Source of the DNA: an uncultured virus (IMG/VR IMGVR_UViG_3300030104_006589)
Taxonomy: Duplodnaviria > Heunggongvirae > Uroviricota > Caudoviricetes
Virus record (IMG/VR): IMGVR_UViG_3300030104_006589
Location: 1 to 64,000 of that record
DNA length: 64,000 bases
Reading direction: 5' to 3' (one strand)
Shown here: piece by piece, positions 15,152 to 23,100 of the stretch
Layout: every line of letters begins with the position of its first letter
How positions within the stretch are numbered: the first letter of the stretch is position 1
Translations under genes and position numbers: made by a program
Notes under the pieces: generated by a model
What the model saw: the letters and a program-made list of their open reading frames with translations, nothing else
Told to the model about the DNA's origin: nothing
Database searches by the model: none

Positions 15152-15391
15152 CTAGAAGAATGTCGTTTGATTCGACAAGTCCTCTGATGGAAAGTATTTC
15201 GCCAATGCAGCCAGTCTATCTTCAGCAGAAGCTAGCAATTCAAGAGCCTCATTTGCATTGTTCCAGAAATCAGTGGTCGAATGGTCTCCAATGCCAGCGG
15301 CATTTTCGGACATGATCTCTAGGGTGAGTAGGGCTTTGCTTTTATCTGCTTCGACGGCAGACTTCAGCATTCTAAATAGTTCTGGTTTCAT
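15152..15391 (-). CDS. conserved phage hypothetical protein
   Basis: AAGIGDHST motif, helical. Confidence 0.65.
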   Translation of the reverse strand: MKPELFRMLKSAVEADKSKALLTLEIMSENAAGIGDHSTTDFWNNANEALELLASAEDRLAALAKYFPSEDLSNQTTFF

Positions 15392-15509
15392 TATTTTTCT
15401 TTTTTTTCTGCGTGAGTTTGCGTTCGTGGTAGGAATTCATACCTAAAAAACGGCATAGGAAAAACATGAACGCTATCCAGGCGGTTATAATTAATATCCA
15501 TGTTAACAC
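15372..15509 (-). CDS. small membrane peptide
   Basis: GTG start 6 nt after TTGACA-16-TATAAT; LTWILIITAWIAFMFFLCRF. Confidence 0.4.
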   Translation of the reverse strand: MLTWILIITAWIAFMFFLCRFLGMNSYHERKLTQKKKKNNETRTI

Positions 15510-15556
15510 GCACCCATTATAAACCAGATGAAATGTCTGTCAAGATATTTTTTACC

Positions 15557-16090
15557 CTAAACTTTCTCCAAGGGAATATTATATTTAGAATAGGGAAGAA
15601 ACCAATGCTCACACCCCTCTAAGACATCTTTAAGCAAGACCATTGACATCATATCTTTTCTTCCTTTGCGTCTATATCCTTTATAGAGACACTCATTCAC
15701 TCTATTGACAGTCTCTCTTAAATTACATTTTTCTTTTGCTAGGTTATATAAGTCCACGTTCTTTGCGTGAAGAAAGAATGCCCCAAAATCAAAAGCTATC
15801 CATAAGGGAGTGCCATTCTCGTTGCACCAACCTGTTTTCCCATTGACATTAAGAAACTCTAATAGAATTTTACCCTCCCGTGTGGAGTTTTTTAATCCTT
15901 TTAAATCAACAGTTTCTCCGTTTACTACAAAATCAACATGCCCTATATCTTGAACCTTACCTGTTTTTTTAATAGTTAACCCCGCAGATAAACAAGAATG
16001 TTGATATCTCTCAGTAGATTCATCTATTAGTTTTTGAGTGTGAGCTACATGCGTGGAACCCGAGAGACCCCGCGCTTTGTCTGACATCAT
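15557..16090 (-). CDS. putative PD-(D/E)XK endonuclease
   Basis: HVDF...TVDLKG, LEFLNVNGKTGW. Confidence 0.55.
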   Translation of the reverse strand: MMSDKARGLSGSTHVAHTQKLIDESTERYQHSCLSAGLTIKKTGKVQDIGHVDFVVNGETVDLKGLKNSTREGKILLEFLNVNGKTGWCNENGTPLWIAFDFGAFFLHAKNVDLYNLAKEKCNLRETVNRVNECLYKGYRRKGRKDMMSMVLLKDVLEGCEHWFLPYSKYNIPLEKV

Positions 16091-16108
16091 AAGTTTACTA
16101 TGTGGGAA

Positions 16109-16783
16109 TTAACTATTTCTTAACTCAACCAATTGCAGGTCGTCTATATGCCCCTCTTTTACATACCACCAATCAAGGGGAAAACCGCATTTTTTATACT
16201 CGTCAGGAAATCCAGGATGATCGCTTGGACACGCATCATATCCGTGTTGGGGTTTCTTGTTTTGCAATCTCCATATGTTCAACCAAAAAGCATTAACTAC
16301 TCTATTAACATCCCTTAAATTAAAGTCGTGTCCACAAAGCACTCCCCCCTCCTTTACTTTTGGATAGTAATCGTAAATATCAGATACAATGTTAGGTAGA
16401 TCGTGACCAGCATCAATATAACAAAAATCTAAGGAATTGTCAGGAATGTCCTCGCTACCTTGATGGGAGCTTTTATTTATGAATTTAATTTTATCATCAT
16501 GTTTTTTAACATCGGGATGAATGGCAGGGTGGTCTCTGTGAAATTCCCAATCCACACAATACAATTTTTTAATATTAAGACCATTTAAAATACAGACAGT
16601 ATTATGGGCAGAACCAATGCCTATTTCCGCTCCCACTAAACCTACTTTGTTTTCATCCAGCTTAGAAATCACTTCCATGCTGGGGCGTAATTGAGTGGGT
16701 GGATCAAATTCCGATTGAGGCTTAGATGCAAATCTAGCGTCATAGGATTCCTCGTCAAACCAAAACGTTTTAGGGTCATACAT
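16109..16783 (-). CDS. class I SAM-dependent methyltransferase (Methyltransf_24-like)
   Basis: GAEIGI, YCVD, DFCYIDAGH, KEGGVLCGHDF; start after TTGACT-16-TATAAT. Confidence 0.8.
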   Translation of the reverse strand: MYDPKTFWFDEESYDARFASKPQSEFDPPTQLRPSMEVISKLDENKVGLVGAEIGIGSAHNTVCILNGLNIKKLYCVDWEFHRDHPAIHPDVKKHDDKIKFINKSSHQGSEDIPDNSLDFCYIDAGHDLPNIVSDIYDYYPKVKEGGVLCGHDFNLRDVNRVVNAFWLNIWRLQNKKPQHGYDACPSDHPGFPDEYKKCGFPLDWWYVKEGHIDDLQLVELRNS

Positions 16784-16831
16784 ATAGTTTATTATATGCT
16801 TGCTCCTCCAGAAGTCAAATGGAATATACAG

Positions 16832-16859
16832 CAAAAACCCCCATCCAAGGATGGAGGTG
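16832..16859 (-). terminator. rho-independent terminator
   Basis: acctccatcc-tt-ggatgggggt followed by ttttg on the minus strand. Confidence 0.6.
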
Positions 16860-16893
16860 TCCAGAGTCTTAATCCTAAGATTAATCTGTAGAC

Positions 16894-17076
16894 TTACTTC
16901 TGCTTGGCTTTCCCAATATTTAAAGCTGCCCAATCAATTAATTTATAAAATTTGGACAGAAAGCTCCCCTCTTTGGGGGTAGGGGTTGCGGCGGCGATAG
17001 CAGAAGCAAAAGCAATTGCGGCTGTCACAACTCCAAACCAAGGGTTATCCTGAACTAGTTGTAGAATAGTATCCAT
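16894..17076 (-). CDS. small membrane protein (holin-like)
   Basis: TM segment then TPTPK...LNIGKAK; GTGTAA motif upstream. Confidence 0.6.
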   Translation of the reverse strand: MDTILQLVQDNPWFGVVTAAIAFASAIAAATPTPKEGSFLSKFYKLIDWAALNIGKAKQK

Positions 17077-17090
17077 GTCATTATTTACAC

Positions 17091-17693
17091 CTAATCAGGA
17101 TGAATTATGTAACTTTTATCTCTAATTCTTCCCCAAAACTGCCTGTCAGCCCATTCATTGTGAAATCTTTCTGCATTGGCTTTTTTCCATCTTTCATGAG
17201 AATCTTTTGTAATTTTCATAGCGACACCCTTAGATTTCCAATCTCCCACTTTAGTGTCAGAATCTCTGTCAATTTTATATATTTTAAAAAACTGCCGATA
17301 TATCTTTAGGTGAGAAGACTCGATATCATGAACTGTTTTATATTTTTCTACAGGAGACCAATGAGGAACTGCAATCACTTTATTATCAATTTCTCCTCCA
17401 TCCACAAACCCCAAAACCCCAAGGACGCGACAAGAGACTAGACTACCTCTGTCGATTGGGTCATGGTTGAAAACCAAAACATCAAGCGGATCATTATCTA
17501 ATGCAATCGTTTGTGGAATAAACCCGTAATTTATTGGATATTGAAGGGAAGAAACAAGACATCTATCTAATTTAAATATATTTAAATTCTCATCATATTC
17601 ATATTTAGTATTAGTCCCTTTCGGGATCTCCACTATACAATTAAGATGTTCGTAATTGTCTGATGTTATAGGAATATCATTTACTAAATTCAT
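17091..17693 (-). CDS. ppa: inorganic pyrophosphatase (family I)
   Basis: EIPKG, KYEYD, YPINYGFIPQT, DNDPLDVL, DNKVIAV. Confidence 0.92.
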   Translation of the reverse strand: MNLVNDIPITSDNYEHLNCIVEIPKGTNTKYEYDENLNIFKLDRCLVSSLQYPINYGFIPQTIALDNDPLDVLVFNHDPIDRGSLVSCRVLGVLGFVDGGEIDNKVIAVPHWSPVEKYKTVHDIESSHLKIYRQFFKIYKIDRDSDTKVGDWKSKGVAMKITKDSHERWKKANAERFHNEWADRQFWGRIRDKSYIIHPD

Positions 17694-17699
17694 TTAAAT

Positions 17700-18511
17700 C
17701 TATTTGGTATGAGGTGTAATCTCCAATTGTTCAATTTCAGGCCAATCGCATCTACCATCGACTAATTCTTCTTTTGTTTTCCTTATATAAGGTTTTCTGT
17801 AGCTTAAGTCATCGCTCATTATACTATTAATGAGAGCTTTTCTGTTCTTGTTTTCTCCATCAGAGTTAAGGTTCACATTATAAAAGTAATGTGATTTCTT
17901 TAGAAAAGAAGCATGTTCCTTTCCGCTCATTTCAACCATTGGAATAAATAAAATTACATCTTCGGGATATCGAAATAATGTCCCGATTCGATTGCATAAA
18001 TCCTCGTATTTTACATTTTTTAACAGGAAGAACTTATGAGATCTTAAATGGGATAAACAAAATCCTTGATTTCTGAGGGACTTACTCCAATCAACTTCGT
18101 CATAAAAATCCTTGTTGAATAATGAGTTGGATTCAAAACCCCCATACGTTATCCAAGTATCTTCCTTATACACCTGAGCTAAATCACTTAAGACGCTCTC
18201 ATGGCTTAAGTAGTCATCCCCATCAAGAGTGATTATTACATCTTCGTCCTTGGGGTCTGCGTGTTTGACAAAATTAATTGTTTTATTGAATANNNNNNNN
18301 NNAATACCGCTCCTAGATTATATTTATTTTCTATAACGCGAATCCTTTTGTCTTGAGCTTCAAACCTCTTTGCTATTTTAACGGAATCATCTTGACTTGC
18401 ATCGTCAATAATATACATGCTCCACTCTTTATAATTTTGAGAAAGAACACTCTTAATACATCTTTCTATGAACTTCTCACAGTTAAAGCATGTAGTGACA
18501 AATACAAACAT
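17700..18511 (-). CDS. glycosyltransferase family 2 (one gene broken by assembly gap 18293-18302)
   Basis: FNCEKFIERCIKSV, IDDASQD; after the gap IITLDGDDYL runs in frame into ORF 17700..18173. Confidence 0.75.
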
Positions 18512-18514
18512 TGT

Positions 18515-18655
18515 TCACCTTTTTTTACCTTGCCCTCTATATTTTTTCTTATAGAGCTTACTTTGTTTGTGATTAGAGGTTTTGCTTTTGGCGTGAACTC
18601 CCTTATTCCTCTTCTGTTTTTTAAGGGAATACGCTGATGTTGTTTTCTTAGCCAT
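18515..18655 (-). CDS. small highly basic protein
   Basis: MAKK...HAKSKTS...YKKKYRGQG. Confidence 0.6.
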   Translation of the reverse strand: MAKKTTSAYSLKKQKRNKGVHAKSKTSNHKQSKLYKKKYRGQGKKR

Positions 18656-18656
18656 A

Positions 18657-18947
18657 TTAAAGTAAAACGTAGGTTGGAGCGATCTCCTCGATTTCTTCGC
18701 AAACACTTTCAATTTCGCGCATGTTCATTTTTTCAGTAAACTGCTTCAGTTTGCTTACTTCCCAACAAAACCTTTGATATTCGTGACTTTGGGTTATCTT
18801 TTGCTTGGTTTTACAATCGTAAATAAAACCATCTAAGACTTCATATCTTGTAGGGTCAATACATTTTTCGATTGGGTCAAAGACAGAATGACCTACAACG
18901 TAATTAAAGATGTCGTGACGACTAACCTCAATGTTAAATTTCTCCAT
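18657..18947 (-). CDS. hypothetical protein
   Basis: 96-aa ORF; TATAAT 6 nt before ATG. Confidence 0.6.
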   Translation of the reverse strand: MEKFNIEVSRHDIFNYVVGHSVFDPIEKCIDPTRYEVLDGFIYDCKTKQKITQSHEYQRFCWEVSKLKQFTEKMNMREIESVCEEIEEIAPTYVLL

Positions 18948-18978
18948 CTCCCTATTATAATAGGAAGGTAAAGTTAAT

Positions 18979-19599
18979 CTACAGAATTCTTATTCTACTA
19001 CGAATTTTTGAAACGTGCCGTTTCTTTTCAAGCACTGATCCACCCTCCCTGCTCCCAGCACCATTAGTATTACCTTCAATGGTGACTACATAACCGCTTG
19101 AATCTACGTCTTTTACCGCGATTCCAATATGAGAAAAAGTAAACACAACAATATCGCCAGCTTTAATATCTTCGTTTGTGGGTTTACGCAAGTCTATTCC
19201 TCTATTTGATTCTTGTTTAGCCCAGTTTTCAAAGTCCCACGCTCCTGCGGTTCTGGGACGTTTAAAGGAGACATCCTCTCCCTCTATAGCTTCCCTGACT
19301 AACCAACAAATAAAAGCAGCACACCACGGCCATCCCTTATCAGCATCTAACCATGTAGCCGCCTTGTATTCATCTACCCTTGGCCCACAATTACTACCAT
19401 CCACTTCAGATACCCCTATTTCTTCCCTTGCTAATGAAATCATTTTTTCAGGAACGGTTCCTTTGGGCGCAGTAGTTTCCTTTGTGGAGAGTTTGGCTAA
19501 GATAGCATTCCATGTAACGGGACCATCTGCACCATCCGCAGAAACTCCCAAAATCTTTTGGACTGCCCTAACTACTTCTTTTTTTCCTTTAAAATTCAT
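18979..19599 (-). CDS. endolysin: peptidoglycan-binding domain plus CHAP domain
   Basis: VQKILGVSADGADGPVT; PWCAAF, SHIGI, TIEGNT. Confidence 0.88.
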   Translation of the reverse strand: MNFKGKKEVVRAVQKILGVSADGADGPVTWNAILAKLSTKETTAPKGTVPEKMISLAREEIGVSEVDGSNCGPRVDEYKAATWLDADKGWPWCAAFICWLVREAIEGEDVSFKRPRTAGAWDFENWAKQESNRGIDLRKPTNEDIKAGDIVVFTFSHIGIAVKDVDSSGYVVTIEGNTNGAGSREGGSVLEKKRHVSKIRSRIRIL

Positions 19600-20201
19600 C
19601 TACACCTCCTACTAAATGACGCACATATTGACATTACAACCGATAAAACAATAGCCAGAATCATAAAGTCTCTAAAATTATGTATTCTTTCATGTAATTC
19701 CTCAGACTTTCTTTCATTATAATACATCTTAGTATCCATAATGTTATTGATAGCCTCGATAGTTGGATCGGTCATCGTATACATTTGAGGAATAGAAGCT
19801 TTAATACTATCAAGGTCTTCTTTATTTCCCCACTCAACCAATTGACTAACATAAGAGCTTATTTTCTTCTCTTGCTCAAAAACAAAATCTGCATACTCGG
19901 TCTCATCGGGAGTGATATCTTTCTTGTAGCCCTCTAGATATTCATCTTTATTTGCGCTTTCCTCCTCTAGAACCTCAACCATTTCACTAGGAGATATAAT
20001 GCCGTGGGATGTTTGAATAACGGAATTGACGATAATCACCCCATACCAATCAAAGCACATCCCGATCTCCATGATGGACGACTCGGATTGACGAGCGTTT
20101 TCTGCTAGGGTCTTATTTATATCCTCCGTGAGAGTAGCTCCTCTCCAGCCAAACGTTAAACAAATTGCCGCTAGGCAATAAACAATAAACTTAGGTCTCA
20201 T
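19596..20201 (-). CDS. two-TM protein with periplasmic four-helix-bundle (4HB_MCP-like) domain and no signalling domain
   Basis: TM-~150 aa helical region-TM; DWYGVIIVNS, YKKDITPDE, MYTMTDPTIEAINNIMD. Confidence 0.6.
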   Translation of the reverse strand: MRPKFIVYCLAAICLTFGWRGATLTEDINKTLAENARQSESSIMEIGMCFDWYGVIIVNSVIQTSHGIISPSEMVEVLEEESANKDEYLEGYKKDITPDETEYADFVFEQEKKISSYVSQLVEWGNKEDLDSIKASIPQMYTMTDPTIEAINNIMDTKMYYNERKSEELHERIHNFRDFMILAIVLSVVMSICASFSRRCR

Positions 20202-20521
20202 TTTTTAATAAATTTTTCTGGGTTCTTGGCGAATTTTTCCCCTAATCGCACAATACCGCTAATTACTTCTGGGCTAATTACACCAATGATACCATAAGTG
20301 ATCGCTTTTGTAAGTGAGGATACGTCTGTTTGCTCTAATACAAACCAAGCAATTCCAGCGGCTATAGCCGCAGTAAGCACTCTTTTAAATTGTTGTTTTA
20401 ATGAAAGGCCACTATTCCCCGATAATAACCTTGCAAACATGGCTGCNNNNNNNNNNCCCACCAAAGGCACAAGCCAGCCCCCGTTTAAAAACTCTTTTAA
20501 AATAGATTTTTCAGGTTCCAT
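20198..20521 (-). CDS. putative holin
   Basis: Three hydrophobic segments, basic C-terminus, upstream of endolysin; contains N gap. Confidence 0.7.
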   Translation of the reverse strand: MEPEKSILKEFLNGGWLVPLVXXXXAAMFARLLSGNSGLSLKQQFKRVLTAAIAAGIAWFVLEQTDVSSLTKAITYGIIGVISPEVISGIVRLGEKFAKNPEKFIKK

Positions 20522-20544
20522 GTTTATTTATTTACACGGGATAC

Positions 20545-20578
20545 AAAAAAAGCCCCCCTTGCGGGAGGCTTTTCTTTT
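20545..20578. terminator. bidirectional rho-independent terminator
   Basis: A7-gcccccc-ttgc-gggaggc-ttttctttt. Confidence 0.8.
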
Positions 20579-20601
20579 ACTTTTTTAAAAACGTAGAGTT
20601 A

Positions 20602-21294
20602 TTAGAATTTGTATGAAACTCCTGCTCCAATCGACCACTCATTATCTAAGCTGTATGCGCTAGAAGAATCAAGATCGTTATCGTTATAACCTCCTTTTAC
20701 AAAAACAGAAGCCGCTTCAGTGATTTTGTAAGAGGCCGCTAAGCCAGCTTCAAAAGCTGTATATTCATCAGCAAGATTAAGTCCAGCAAAAGGTGTCAAT
20801 ACTAAACCGTCTACTGGAGTGTCAATATCGCGAGAAAGAATAAACTCTACTCCATATGCACCGCCAGAACCACCGCCTACTTCATGCCATAGAGTAGCTG
20901 TAAGATCTGCAAGGGCGTGACTGTAAGTAAGGCTTGCTCCGACTTCATCCCAACCACCAAAGGAAGAATCAATCCTTTGGAAGTAGAAGTCAGCTTCAAG
21001 GTCTTGACCTAAAAGACTAATACCTCTGGAATAAGACAAGGAAATGTCTTGTTCATAGCCTCCGTCAACATCGAAAATGTCAATGCCAACTGAAGCAGTC
21101 CCTCCCGCTTTTACTGGAGCAGAGAGTGTGAGAGAATAGCTAAATGCGTCATCTCTGATTCCGACTCCTCCACTAGTGGAAAGAGTGCTGTATGAAACAC
21201 CACCTTCTACAGAGACATCTGCGAGAGTGGTGGCTTTAACTGCGCCAACCATAGCAGCGCCCATAAGTAGTGTTGTAAGAATTAATTTCTTCAT
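20602..21294 (-). CDS. outer-membrane beta-barrel protein
   Basis: Signal peptide, alternating amphipathic strands, C-terminal GVSYKF beta-signal. Confidence 0.8.
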   Translation of the reverse strand: MKKLILTTLLMGAAMVGAVKATTLADVSVEGGVSYSTLSTSGGVGIRDDAFSYSLTLSAPVKAGGTASVGIDIFDVDGGYEQDISLSYSRGISLLGQDLEADFYFQRIDSSFGGWDEVGASLTYSHALADLTATLWHEVGGGSGGAYGVEFILSRDIDTPVDGLVLTPFAGLNLADEYTAFEAGLAASYKITEAASVFVKGGYNDNDLDSSSAYSLDNEWSIGAGVSYKF

Positions 21295-21326
21295 ATTTGT
21301 CTATTATTACAGTTTTTTCATCTTTG

Positions 21327-21767
21327 TCAACTCAATTTTACACATTCTATGTTATAAAAGTCAAAAATCTCTAAAGCCTTCATGTCTCGTTCATATTCTT
21401 GCCCATAAACAACCTTAGGGATATTATAGGATGCTATTAAAGTAGCACATGAAGCACATGGTAAAAGAGTAACAGCCAGCAGACCCACTTCCCCTCTCTT
21501 TGCTAGGCTTAAGCAATTAGCTTCTGCATGAATCATGTAAGGTCTCCTCTCTCTTCTGACTGCCCAGAAATATTTATCCACCTTTTTCCCTGTTGCTAGC
21601 CCATTGTAACCTACGGCGACAACCATGTTTTCTTTATTTAAAGCACAAGCCCCAACCTTAACGAAGGGGTCTTCACTGCGTTGAGAGGCAGTTTTGGCCA
21701 AGTCCAAAGCATACTCATCCCACGAAATCCTCTCATTGGGAGGTTTATGGTAAACATTTATTGCCAT
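21327..21767 (-). CDS. dCMP deaminase
   Basis: KVGAC, GYNG, HAEAN, PCASC. Confidence 0.9.
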   Translation of the reverse strand: MAINVYHKPPNERISWDEYALDLAKTASQRSEDPFVKVGACALNKENMVVAVGYNGLATGKKVDKYFWAVRRERRPYMIHAEANCLSLAKRGEVGLLAVTLLPCASCATLIASYNIPKVVYGQEYERDMKALEIFDFYNIECVKLS

Positions 21768-21809
21768 CTTCCAGGTCTACGCGAGGAACTTGCCGATTAA
21801 ATTTTTTTG

Positions 21810-22061
21810 TTATTTGGAATAAATTTCTCTTTCGAGTCGCCTATAGCGAGCATCAGAGTGCCACACCTCATCAGTTTGTGGTGTGTAAATGCCATCTTTT
21901 GTTTCAATCGCCTTCTTCTTCGTTAGTCTTAGCGTAGAAGGCTGATATATGTTCAAATTGTTTACGCTCAAAGTTGAGTCGCTTACGCAAGATGTCAGCG
22001 TAATCAGCAGCACCGCTATCCCCGCTCTGCCTAAGTTCTTCAATCGCATGGATGGTTTCAT
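21810..22061 (-). CDS. lipoprotein, possible o-spanin
   Basis: Lipobox LTSC after a hydrophobic stretch; 5' part embedded in 21904..22167. Confidence 0.55.
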   Translation of the reverse strand: MKPSMRLKNLGRAGIAVLLITLTSCVSDSTLSVNNLNIYQPSTLRLTKKKAIETKDGIYTPQTDEVWHSDARYRRLEREIYSK

Positions 22062-22167
22062 CTTGTCTCTCATGGTGTTCAGTGTAAAGGTCATAATAGA
22101 ATTTTTTATTTTTTAAGCTTAGCCAGAGTTCTATTGATTTTAAAACAGATTTTATTAAAGAGAACAT
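21904..22167 (-). CDS. helical protein, possible i-spanin
   Basis: Overlaps the lipoprotein gene in another frame. Confidence 0.45.
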   Translation of the reverse strand: MFSLIKSVLKSIELWLSLKNKKFYYDLYTEHHERQDETIHAIEELRQSGDSGAADYADILRKRLNFERKQFEHISAFYAKTNEEEGD

Positions 22168-22355
22168 TTTTTACTTTTTTTACAGTTAAAGATTTCAGTT
22201 TCGATTCCGCTCTCAGAAACCTCGTTGACAGAACCGCTAATAGTTTTAGCGCAATCAATGGCCCACTCCACTGCACCTTTAAGGGTCGCACTGTATGAGT
22301 GGTGGTATTCTCCTTTTTTATTGTAGACTCTGTAAAGAGTAGCTTTACTTTTCAT
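22155..22355 (-). CDS. hypothetical protein
   Basis: 66-aa ORF. Confidence 0.5.
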   Translation of the reverse strand: MKSKATLYRVYNKKGEYHHSYSATLKGAVEWAIDCAKTISGSVNEVSESGIETEIFNCKKSKKCSL

Positions 22356-23058
22356 TTTGAGGTATGAATTCAAGTGCAATCCTGCCCACGTTTTGCTGAT
22401 TATCAGACAGGAACCCGTGAATTAAAACACGATCTGATAAAAAGTCAACACTTTTTTCATCAAAAAGATATTTTTTACCATCAAAGGACAACTCTTTAAC
22501 TGAATTCGCATAAGATTCCGTTAAGGAAGCCTTCTGCCCCATTAGATATTCTGTTGTTTTATTTGTCCCTACTACTTTAAACTTAGCATTCATTCTATTA
22601 GATTTACACCAAACCACTGTATTTGGTGGGTCATTAAATATAATTGCTCTCTTATCGTATCTTTCAATCCATTTTTTATACGATTTGACTTTATGTTTGC
22701 GTCGAATTTCGCTTTTTAAATAATTTTTATTGTGATCTTTAAGGGCTTTATCGAATATACGGTGCGCTGAATTGATTAAATCCGTGCTTGTAAAGTGTTT
22801 TCTAACCCCGAAAATAAAAGTTACATCAAAAAAAGATTCTTGTTCCTTGAGGAAAGCAGCACATTTTATATTCTGGTCTTCCTGTGCCACGTAAACATGG
22901 CAATCTTTACAATAAAAAGAAAACAGATCTTCTATTTTTTTTCTTTTTAAACGAGGAGAACGAATATTACCAAGGTCATAGGGTTGAGAGGTTATAAAAA
23001 AATTCCAGAAAGCCTCCCATAACCGCGAGTCTTGCTCTTTTGCCTGTGTAATTTTCAC
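22345..23058 (-). CDS. hypothetical protein
   Basis: 237-aa ORF, GTG start 6 nt after TATAAT. Confidence 0.65.
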   Translation of the reverse strand: MKITQAKEQDSRLWEAFWNFFITSQPYDLGNIRSPRLKRKKIEDLFSFYCKDCHVYVAQEDQNIKCAAFLKEQESFFDVTFIFGVRKHFTSTDLINSAHRIFDKALKDHNKNYLKSEIRRKHKVKSYKKWIERYDKRAIIFNDPPNTVVWCKSNRMNAKFKVVGTNKTTEYLMGQKASLTESYANSVKELSFDGKKYLFDEKSVDFLSDRVLIHGFLSDNQQNVGRIALEFIPQNEK

Positions 23059-23100
23059 ATCTTTATTATATTATATTAATAATAAAGTGTAAATCTAAAC

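Noticed and set aside
18173..18511. Frameshifted glycosyltransferase pseudogene
   Set aside because: The break coincides with a 10-N scaffold gap with TATT duplicated on both sides; merging them restores one frame. Gaps at 20447, 40988 and 42524 are also assembly artefacts.
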